Shown here piece by piece: positions 12,018 to 21,989 of a stretch of 64,000 nucleotides of DNA (within the stretch, counting starts at the first letter, position 1; every line of letters starts with the position of its first letter). Made by a program: the position numbers and the translations under genes. The notes under the pieces are model-generated. The model had not been told where the DNA came from. It did not search any database and was given only the letters and a program-made list of their open reading frames with translations. The stretch covers positions 8,804,001-8,868,000 of the forward strand of contig NC_087263.1 in the NCBI RefSeq assembly GCF_037042905.1, read 5' to 3'. Source of the DNA: Lytechinus pictus (taxonomy: Eukaryota).

Positions 12018-13088
12018 CGGGAATACCATTTATATCCTATCCACTTGTAGTAAACATTCGACCCTCTAATGTCATCTTTTTTATTATTTTATGATTTTAT
12101 TTAACACTGCAATTTTAACACTCGAGTCTAAGGGAAACGTTTTACGCGTAAAAACCTTATGCAAGTTACGAGTTACATGCAATGTCTGGCACGCCCACAT
12201 AAATTCATATGTACTTAGAGTGACAAGGCCGTTTGGGGAGATGGGTTTGTTTGTTTCGTGCTCTTCTTTATCGAGATGCACGATTTAACTTAATCCTTGT
12301 TTAATTATCTCTTTGATTGGAAGCGGTTTTATTTAACAGTTTGTTTTTAACAAAAACTGTTTTCCATGAAATTCGAATAAGATATTGCTATGTTGCGCAC
12401 CCGCTGATGGAAACTCGTGATCATAGACATGCTCATAGATTACAATGACGTTAGACCTCTTACCCCACAAGTATGTCGCCTGTGCGTTATGTCATCAAGA
12501 GTAGGGTAGATTATGCTATTTGGTCATTTTCTTTCCAATAAGACAAAGCAATTTTTAAAAGTGGATGTGCCTTTTTCCCTGTGCCCCCCCCCCCCCCCCC
12601 ATTTCAACTTTGCTCGGCAGCCCATGCAGACGCACGTACAAGTCACGTGATCGTTTTGCGAACTTCTGAACTTTTCTATTCTTCTAAAATGCGCAGATGG
12701 CATGCGCAATACGACACGAATACGGTCCAGCGTGGTGACGGAGTGGTAAACTTTCCTTTGTTTCATCTTAAATGCAAAAGTATCTTTCCTGGCAACGTTG
12801 TAAATGAATATTCACAAAACATCGAAGGGTATGTTGGTCGCATTAGGGGAAATCCTTTTGGCTAGGTTTGGGCATTCGGTTACAAATTAACAGCACGTCT
12901 GAAATCTGAGCTTATCGATATTCCTAGCTAGGGTGATTCACATTAACCTTCGAGTCTCATCCTCTCGTTCAATTTTTTTTTAAAGGTTTCTTTCATCTGC
13001 CGTTTTTTGTTTCAATAATGGAGGAAGAGTCTTGTTCCCCTATCTTTTGCCATTTACACGTGTTTACGTATGTGTGCATATATATATT

Positions 13089-13590
13089 TATTGTAAAGAA
13101 ATGGGCGAAGAGAACAATGGTAGGCGTAGCTTAAATCAAGGTTCCCCAGAGCTATCTACCCTTTGGAAAAATTGGTGATGCCGAAAAAATGTATCTGCCG
13201 GGAATCGAACCCGGGCCCCCAGCTTTGAACGCCGGTGCCTTAACCACTAGACCACAGAGACGGGTTAGTGGCTAGGACGACCCCGATCCGATTGACCGTC
13301 AGATAGACAGATTTACGACACTATACCAATTGTAATTTCCTTTGTCGGGTGAAGGTGGGTATTGAACAATGACAAGCCGCCATGCTTCAGCTGGATCAAA
13401 GCTATTGCTTTGATACAGTACACGTATGGGAGAAAGTATACAAATGTGTGAAGTTATACATGTACAACAGCTTTGGCAACTCTTTACTTTAAATATTGTA
13501 AAGAAATGGGTGAAGAGAACAATGATAGGCGTACTTAAATCAAGGTACTTAAATCAAGAGCAGGGATGTGTTAGGAAGGATAGGAATCTC
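13089..13590. repeat. tRNA-bearing repeat element, copy 1 (405-bp unit, restart of the unit, 31-bp terminal segment)
   Basis: TTGTAAAGAAATGGG(C/T)GAAGAGAACAATG...TTAAATCAAGGT occurs at 13091 and 13496 (offset 405); ends with GCAGGGATGTGTTAGGAAGGATAGGAATCTC (13560-13590). Confidence 0.85.
13190..13261 (-). tRNA. tRNA-like gene with TCA anticodon (opal-suppressor-like, repeat-borne, function unknown)
   Basis: Manual fold: acceptor GTCTCTG/CAGATAC (6/7), D arm GTCT/AGGC, anticodon arm CCGGC-GTTCAAA-GCTGG, 4-nt variable loop GGGC, T arm CCGGG-TTCGATT-CCCGG, discriminator A, then TTTTTT. Confidence 0.65.
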
Positions 13591-14281
13591 TTCGCTTTAG
13601 TACCAGCCTGCTTTAACCCCATCTGACGAGCCGACGACAGGATATTGTCTTCAAACATGTGTTTTAACAATGTATTTTTTAGTTGTTTTAACAATACAGG
13701 CATTTTCATTTGCCGACAGTTTCTCTTAGCAACAAGATAAATTCGGATTTTAATTTGGCTGGTGCAGTTTTTGATAATGCATTAGTACGTATAATTGGTA
13801 TCAGCAAACAGAAATCACCATAATTCGAGTAATATTAATAGCTAATTATCTCAGAATCACGCATGACCACGAATAGATTGTTATACAAAATATGTTCATA
13901 ATCATATATTTTTCAAAATGAGTGAGCTCTAAAATAGCACAAATTGTCGGAAAATGCTGAAATTTGTAAATTTCGGAAGTAGTTATAAAATTAAATATGT
14001 CTTTTTTTTCACGATTCTTTAATATCATGTTGGCATGAAAACATCACAAGGGCTTCTCTTTTGCTGTCCACAACTAATTTGAAATTTTCAAAAGAGATTG
14101 ATGAAAAACAATGCTTTTAGAGACAAAAAACGTAAATACTGATATTTCGCTTCGGCAGAATCCATTCGGATTCGAAGGGTTAACATCGGCACGCCACATA
14201 GAATATCAAACCCCCGTGGAATGCTTTGTCAATGATTGGAATGTTTTTGTATTCCTATAGATTTTCGAATGTATTGTGTTT

Positions 14282-14512
14282 GAGTTTCCTATCCTTCCTA
14301 ACACATCCCTGCCCAGAGCTATCTACCCTTTGGAAAAATTGGTGATGCCGAAAAAATGTCTCTGCCGGGAATCGAACCCGGGCCCCCAGCTTTGAACACC
14401 GGTGCCTTAACCACTAGACCACATAGACGGGTTAGTGGCTAGGGCGACCCCGATCCGTTTGACCGATCCGATTAAAGAGTTGCCAAAGCTGTTGTACATG
14501 TATAACTTCACT
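14282..14512. repeat. tRNA-bearing repeat element, copy 2 (rearranged)
   Basis: 14313-~14465 is collinear with ~13146-13297; 14282-14312 is the reverse complement of 13560-13590 (30/31); ~14473-14511 is the reverse complement of ~13448-13486. Confidence 0.85.
14357..14428 (-). tRNA. Second copy of the TCA-anticodon tRNA-like gene
   Basis: Same 72-nt fold: acceptor GTCTATG/CAGAGAC (6/7), anticodon arm CCGGT-GTTCAAA-GCTGG, followed by TTTTTT. Confidence 0.62.
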
Positions 14513-15595
14513 TATATATATATATATTTATATATACATACATACATCTCTCTTCTATCTCTCTCCTTCTCTTCTCTATCTCTCTCTCCCTCCCTCTCTC
14601 TCTCTCTCTCTCTATTTTATCAATTTTCTGTTCATTCTACTCTCTGTTCCTCTTATGTTTGCTTTTTTCCAAATGCTTCTCTTTCTCTCTTGTTTCTGCT
14701 TTCCCGTTTTTCTTTTTTTTTTCTTTTCAATTCTTTCGTTTATTCTCTGATCCCTTCTCCTTTATATTTTCGCCTCATTCCCTCCTCTCTTTCCTTGTTA
14801 CGTAAGAGCGCCCCTCTGTCGGGTGCGCCTACATCAAGGGCGCTCCTTGAGAGAGTGCGCGCTTCACTGTTGTTGGTCTTGACGTATTTTCAAAGTTGAT
14901 CTTAATCAATAAATCACAAATTGACAAATCCCTATGGGCGAATATTCGTGAAATACTTTTCATTACGGAGTTTTTATTTCTTGTTTAATAATATATATAT
15001 ATATATATGTATTGTGTGTGGGTGTGTTTATGTGTGTAATCACATATGGTTCTCTCTGATTTTTTAAACTTATTTTCTACCTAAGCAGAGACGATGTACA
15101 CGTACATTCTAAAAGAATATTGGATAAAAGTGCTCCATGGGGGTAATTATGTGTCCAACCAACATTGGGCATTTCTTTTTGGCATTTTTATTTATTCAGT
15201 GTGATAAAAATTTTGCTTATTCTAAAGTAATTGCTGCTTATGTTCTAACCTTACTGGATAATATGCTTCCCGCATTGGGTAAAATACTGCCCCAAATTGG
15301 TTGGACACATAATTACCCTCGTGGTGGTAAAACAATTTACCCAATTTTTTTTATAGTGTAGGCTCCCATTATTTTCATTTCATTATTTTCATTTTGTCTT
15401 ATATTTCGCCTTACTTTGTAATTTCATATTTGAAATGAAATAAATTGTTTGTTAATCAATAATCAATTTCGAATTCCTTATAAGAATATATCAATACTGA
15501 TTGGTGTGCTTTTTTTCTACCGTCACATTCAGTGTGTCACCTATCTCTGTGTCTGGCCACTTTGATACCTAAAATCGAAGTCGTTAAAGCCATAT

Positions 15596-18500
15596 TAGAC
15601 TAGACCAATTCTGGAAAAAGAGGCCTATATAAACTTTAAGAAGCATTTTGGGGTAAAAAGTTGGAAACCGGACTATTTCACACAATTCAAATATGCTGAA
15701 TCTGATAAGATCGGTTCCCAAGCTAATTTCTCATGTTTTGACCACCTAATTTGCATAAACAAAATGGCTGCCAAATTGACAATTCAGAATATTATTTCGA
15801 CAATGTTTATTAATTATATTCGCTTTTCACAGACATGAATACTGCAAAATCCTGCATACATACGTGTACCTTTCTGGAAAACTTGTTATTTTTGTTTGCG
15901 GCTAATTAATTATACAAATTTATGCATATTTTGGATCATTATGCTATAATTTGATAATTTCAGCTCAAATGTTTATATTTTTGGTACAAATAGCATTTAC
16001 ATCATTATAAATAATTGTACGGCCCTTAGAATATAATATCACAGTGAATAATAATGTATTTTATTGTTTTTTTTTAATTTCTTATGTATTTCTTTGTATT
16101 TTGTAACTTTTGTTTTGTACATGTTTTGTTATGGGATCTGTAAAATTATTGATTATCAATGGCAGAAAATAATTAGCTTCAATGATTTAATTATGTAATC
16201 ACTTTTTTATTTGCATATATCCATGGGCATAAACAGATGCACCCACTCCCACACCCACATCTGCATACAAAGGTAAACTCCTGCACGGAGGGCCTTCCCA
16301 TTTAAAAGCACACTGGTGGAGATCCAACGAATTTCATGAACCTATCTGTATTCAAGCGAATGTCATTATTAATTGCTTATATTTTTATTATAAAATGGTA
16401 TCTTGAATTATGATATCAATCAATTCATTCATATTTACAATTTTAGATGATGAATTATCAAATTTGAATCATAACAGTACTGTAATTCTCAACTCCTAAT
16501 AGTCAATCACTTGCATTTAATATCCTTTGGAGTAGTTATGTTCCCGACCAACAGAATCTGATCACACATACATGTATATACATTTAGTGTGTTTTTCTTC
16601 AGCAAAATGAAGTGAAAACCGTCTGCTGAAAATGAGATGTCCTGTGTTTTTTTCCATTACGCTCCTCAAATTGTCCCAATATTGAACAAAAATTCTCAGA
16701 ACTGAACCCACATGTAATCCATCTAATTTCTCATTTTGCCTATCAATTAGACCGTTTTCCGTGTTTTAAAAGCCAGACTGTGATGTTCTAAAGCTCACAA
16801 CGAATAAGTCACTGCATATCCTTTTAATAACAATTTTTTTATCATTGGACTTCATTAACTAATAACATGTGCATCTCCATAATATATCTTTTCCAATGCA
16901 GTACTGCACCTGTCCTATCAAGGATTGCCGCTTCATCCAACTTCCCCCAGCTTGATACACACCTTTACCTTCGGGGTGTTGAATGATCAATGTCAGTTAT
17001 CATCGATTAGGTGTTCCATTGGATGGCTTGATTGATAGGGCAGCCTCATATTATAAAAGTCATCTCTAATTGTTGAAATCAAACCAATTTAGTACAAGTA
17101 TTCTGCAAGGCAGTTCGTATCGAAGTCATCGTGTTTGTGTTCTTGAGATATGTCCGATTCTCATGTCACAGATACATAGAGAAAACCTAAACTTTTGTCT
17201 TGAGAGAGAATCTGCTGTCTAACCAGATCTTGTTTCAGGTGTTAAAATGCTCGGAGTGCACCTTTTCAATACCGCAGGAATTGTGTAATGTCTTCTAGGC
17301 CATTTATCGAACTTCTAATATTCACACATCTTCATATCTTCATAAGATAGACTATTTCAAATTGATAACGAAGATATCTTTCAGAGGATGGTGGGTTCCT
17401 GGCATGTTTGGCGTTCCTGTAGGTGATTATTAATCCACTTCTTTTGATCGGTATTTAACCCAACAGCATCCAATAGCTTACCCAGCTCTGATAGGCTACA
17501 TGCAAGTCTGAGATATCACAATCAAAGTCTAGGTCGAGAATTTCTTCGATTGTAGAGCCAGGATTTCTCTTTCTATGAGGAAAGCAGTTGCCTAAGTTAT
17601 GTTTAACTTGTCAACCGGTTTTGATACCAGTGAACATGTCATTCTTCTTGGGAGACTGACAGTCTGTTTTGAAATTGATGATTCTGCACTCCAATGGCAG
17701 GTTTCCTCTTACCTTGCCAACAGAGCTGTATGAAGCTGTATTCATCACTGGCATGCAGTCTCCTGTGACTACCCTTTGATATGGAGTTCCTTGTGAGTCT
17801 GTCCTTGTCCCTTGTTCTTCAAACTGTACATCACTCCTCTTGGCTCTGTAATGTGGCAACATGGTCTTGGTAATTGGTATACACTTCTATGCTGATGACA
17901 TCCAGCTGTATACCTCACTTTTGATCAAATAGGTAAATATATATACAGAGGTTCGTGCAGCTGCTGTTGTTGGTGCTGCCATTGAGGATTGGATGTTGGA
18001 TGAAGGTCAACTTCCTGGAGCTTAACAATAAAAAGCGAAGTATCTTGTTCTGTCATCTCCATATATGCGTAATTATTATGACTACAACTCCAGTCTTAAT
18101 AGGTGAGGAAGCTATACATGTATATCTCCAGTATGCAAGGCTAGATCTCTTGGCGTAGTCTTTGATATAACAATGAGCATGAAGAAACACACATCACATG
18201 TCTGCCAATCTGCACATTACCTGCTCCACAGAATTGCTGAGATCAGACATTGTCCTACATGAGGTGGTGTAGAAAATATCATCCATGACCGGATAACCTG
18301 TAGACTGGACTTCTGCAACTGTCTCCATGCTGGTTTACCTTCAACAGGCATCTCTAGCACTTTTTAACCATAGGACACACTGTGAAAATTTGTTCTGCAT
18401 TGGGCAGTGACTGGGCTGGAAACCTTGTTTTGCCCATGTTTTAACCATGGAGCTTATCTGTGTTTAGCCCCATGTTTTTATCATTTCCTCTTCTCTATTC

Positions 18501-19658
18501 AGTATCGTTCGTCAAAGAATCTTCCAAGGCAAGGATTGGATAAAAGCTGTGGTTTTCAGTTATCACTTTGATGGTTGACTTGGGGAAAATGTATCTTTGC
18601 CAAATAAATGAATAAATCGGTAATGACCAAAAAACTAGTATGTGATCCAGTAGTACAGACCCTTTGCATTTATTACAAAAAATTGTTCTTTGGTTAACTG
18701 GCATGATTGCAGTTCTGATGGAGCTGAATCAAAGATATAATTTTGCTACAAGGAACAATGTACTGATACTTATATCCGATTGATAAACTACACTGCGTAC
18801 ATCATACGTTTAATTGATTATTTTAATATATCTATTTCAAGAAATTTAAGTTCAGCATGATAACAGGTTTTCCAACTTCTAAACTCTTTTTTTCTTACGG
18901 GTTCATTGAATTTGGTAATTGTTATGATTATAGGATCAGCATCAATGTTTTATAATGGGCATGTCTACTATACCTTGCAAGTATATTACTTTCTATATAC
19001 AGGTGTGGGTGTGGGAGCATGTGTGTGTATTTGTTCCTGAGTACAATTAACAGTTGTGGCAAAAGAAGTTTATCAAATGATTCAATCATTGAAGCTTAAT
19101 ATTTGTCTGCCATTGATATTAGTTTTTTAAAGATCTCATATCAAACATATACATAGCAAATGGCAGAAAATACAAGAACACAAAAGAAATATCAAAGAAC
19201 AATAAAATACATATAAAAATTGACTTGAGTATTATATTTAAGGGCCAAACAATTATAATGATACAAATGCTATTTGTACCCAAAATAATAAACATTTTAG
19301 GTGTAATTATCAAATTATAGCATAATATTGCAAAATATGCATAAATTTGCATAATTAATTAGCCGCAAACAGAAATAACAAATTTTCCCAAATGGTACAT
19401 GTTAAGTATGCAGGATTTTGCAGTATCCATATCGGTGAAAGCGAATATTATAAAAGAATATTGTAGAAATAAGATTATAAATTGTCAATTTGGCAGCCAT
19501 TTTGTTTATGCAAATTAGGTGGTCAAAACATGAAAAATTGGCTTGGGAACCGGTCTTATCAGATTCAGCACATTCAAATTAGGTGAAATAGACCGGTTCC
19601 CAACTTTTACCCCAAAATGCTCCTTGAACTCAAGTTCTCTCCATATTGGTCTTGTCTA
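15596..19658. mobile_element. Academ-like non-autonomous DNA transposon with ~600-bp TIRs
   Basis: Ends TAGACTAGACCAAT / ATTGGTCTTGTCTA with 3-bp TSD TAT on both sides; long inverted homology between ~15596-16200 and ~19065-19658 (e.g. TTTTGACCACCTAATTTGCATAAACAAAATGGCTGCCAAATTGACAAT). Confidence 0.82.
17560..18360 (+). pseudogene. L2-clade LINE reverse transcriptase fragment inside the Academ-like element
   Basis: Broken frames read FNLSTGFDTSEHVILLGRL, YGVPCESVL, HFYADDIQLY, WMKVNFLELN, SLGVVFD, RLDFCNCLHAGLP. Confidence 0.85.
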
Positions 19659-19696
19659 TATGTACTGTGCGTGCAATAGCTGAACCTTATCGCTAA

Positions 19697-20363
19697 AGCC
19701 CCTTTTACACCTTGAAGGATGCAACACGGTTCTCGGTCTGTGGTTATCCGGGGTGCCAAATTGATATTTTTCTAGTATTGCCGGATTGAATACAGATTTA
19801 TTTGGGTATTTACACGGAAATGTACGGGAAAGTACGGTTTCTTCAAGGATAGACAAGGTAGCACTAGAGATCTGCTTGATACGCTACCGGAAGTCAACAC
19901 GGAATGCATCGATGTTACTGGGTCCTGACACAGACCTTCACTGAGGCTTACGGTCTTTACTGGGATATCTCTAGAGCATCGGGCAAGATTTAAGTTTCTT
20001 TCCTTTTTGCAACGTCTGAAGCGTTCACATACATGGCCATGAAAACGGACAACTGTTCAAGTATGCAATTAAGGGAAAAATTTAGACTCCGGATAAAGCC
20101 GATATCAACAAGGACCTCCCGGTTCCTACAGGGAGCCTCCCGGAAGTACAATGTGGCTACACGGATGATTATCCGTCCGTGTAATCCTGGATAAAAAAAG
20201 AATTGAACGTGTTCAATTTTTTCTCCCAAATATGCCGGTACACCAAGGATGACGCCGCATGAGTAGCTGGTGTATACACGGTAATCCCGGACTGTACACG
20301 GATGACCCAGGATTGACAATCCGGGATGATCCGTGTTGCTTCCGTTAAGGTGTAAAAGCGGCT
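19697..20363. mobile_element. MITE with ~33-bp TIRs (PIF/Harbinger-like), GC-richer interior with recurring ACACGG/CCGG motifs
   Basis: AGCCCCTTTTACACCTTGAAGGATGCAACACGG / CCGTGTTGCTTCCGTTAAGGTGTAAAAGCGGCT; TSD not clear. Confidence 0.72.
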
Positions 20364-20410
20364 GACAGCGCCGAAGTAACGTGGGTATTCTCGGGACTTA
20401 TAGGCCTGTC

Positions 20411-20714
20411 AATAATAATAATTATTATAATTGGCATTTACATAGCGCTTTATCAATCTACGACTGTTCAAAGCGCTTCACAATTATTATTACCCGGTCA
20501 CTGGATTCATAGCATTCCAAGCAGCCTGTTAGGCGCAAACTTGCTAAACCAACCACAATGACGGTTGTTTCCTACCGGTACCCAATTAGCACCTGGGTGA
20601 GAGTGGCAAAGTGTGGATTGACGCCTTGACAAAGGGCGCTAGGCCATGGTGGGATTCGAACAAACGACCCTCTGATTACAAGGCGAGAGTCAGAACCGCT
20701 ACACCACGGCGCTT
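20411..20714 (-). mobile_element. Full-length tRNA-headed SINE with L2-type tail
   Basis: Head TGGTGTAGCGG...GTTCGAATCCC, central ACTCTCACCCAGGTGCTAATTGGGTACC, tail AAGCGCTTTGAAC...AAAGCGCTATGTAAATGCC followed by (ATT)n. Confidence 0.88.
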
Positions 20715-21242
20715 CAACAAGAAGATGTCTTCTCGAATCTGTCCACACATCACCGATTGACCCCCCCCCCTAAATAAAACCGGATGCTTGGTTGAATGTC
20801 ACCTATATATGTCAGTCATGCAGTCCTACAATCAATATTTTGTTATTCAAGCATAAGGTTTGAAATGTCACTTCTCCTATAGAGGCTAACCGCGATAAAG
20901 GGGAAATTTCTTCCGCCCCGTGAATGGGGCTGAATCTTTTTGGTAATGTTGTTCTTTAATGTTGTCTGCTGTGGATGTATACTGTTTCCGCTATGACAAG
21001 ATGGAGGATTATTCGTTTTATCATGCACTGGCACGAACCATCTACACCAATAGACCTGTAATTTGTCCAATGGTAAAGACACCGTCAAACCTTCAAAGTC
21101 CCTGACATTAATACCAGTCAAGCATGTGCTTGCATGGACATTATGACTTGATCCGATGACAGAAGTAGTTCATTGATCCGCCCCTGTTCACACCTGAATT
21201 CTAAATCGGTTCATCAATTTTTGAAGTATTATTTGGAATCTT

Positions 21243-21457
21243 CACAGTAAAAACGTTAATATGTTCTATAACGATGTTTACTACGTCAACCTTACAGTAG
21301 ATTGTTAACAATTTAAGCAACCGCGCTTTATTTATTGAGAATTAAGTATTAGCAAATAAAATTTGTTTAATATTTTAAAAGTCTTTAAGCTGATTAAAAA
21401 ACTACCGTAAGTACACAGTGTTGTATGAAAAAAATACCAAACAGTACCTTTACTGTG
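21243..21457. mobile_element. Short MITE (CACAGTAAA...TTTACTGTG family)
   Basis: 9-bp TIR; interior similar to the split element at 57637-62732. Confidence 0.55.
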
Positions 21458-21663
21458 TAAACGGGTTGACTAAAGCCAATATATTCGATCTGGATAAAAC
21501 TGTCAATGAAAAAAAGATTCATTAATCCATCGTAGTCATTCTTCTAGCATATTCGAGAACAGTACTGTTACTAATTGCAAATGGATGAAATTAATTTGAT
21601 TCAGCGGGGGCAAGGAAACGAACGAATGAAAAGGGGAAACCACTTACCATGTATTCACATTAA

Positions 21664-21947
21664 TAAGCGCTTACCCTAAAGTCGCCCCTGAAATCAAAAG
21701 AAACTGAATTTTATATGCTTATTGAGACCATCGTTATAACAATGAATAATTAATCGATTAGTGTGTATCCCTGATCAAACAGCTCATGGCATGAAAATGC
21801 CACTCCGGTCTCATCGCCTGAAAGATAGATAAAACAGAAATCATTGAATTTAATGAGCACATTTTATGTTGAGAATCTTTAAGAGATAAATGCATTATTA
21901 AGCGCTTCCCCCTAAAGTCGCCCCTGAAATCAAAAGAAACTGAATTT
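21664..21947. repeat. ~48-bp direct repeat pair, 235 bp apart
   Basis: TAAGCGCTT(A/CC)CCCTAAAGTCGCCCCTGAAATCAAAAGAAACTGAATTT at ~21664 and ~21899. Confidence 0.9.
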
Positions 21948-21989
21948 GGGGATCGTTATTATACAAGTAAATAATGTATTACCACTATT

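Noticed and set aside
13190-13261. Selenocysteine tRNA (tRNA-Sec)
   Set aside because: It has the TCA anticodon, but the fold is 7/5 with a 4-nt variable loop and 72 nt length; tRNA-Sec needs a long variable arm and a 9/4 fold
13613-14183. piggyBac-like MITE between the two tRNA repeats (TTAACCC...GGGTTAA)
   Set aside because: Only the terminal 3 bp plus TTAA match; no extended TIR, so not called as a feature
14435-14899. 154-aa ORF (likewise 6448-6879, 33571-33957, 63253-63603)
   Set aside because: Low-complexity CT/TA-rich sequence that lacks stops by composition; no domain signal
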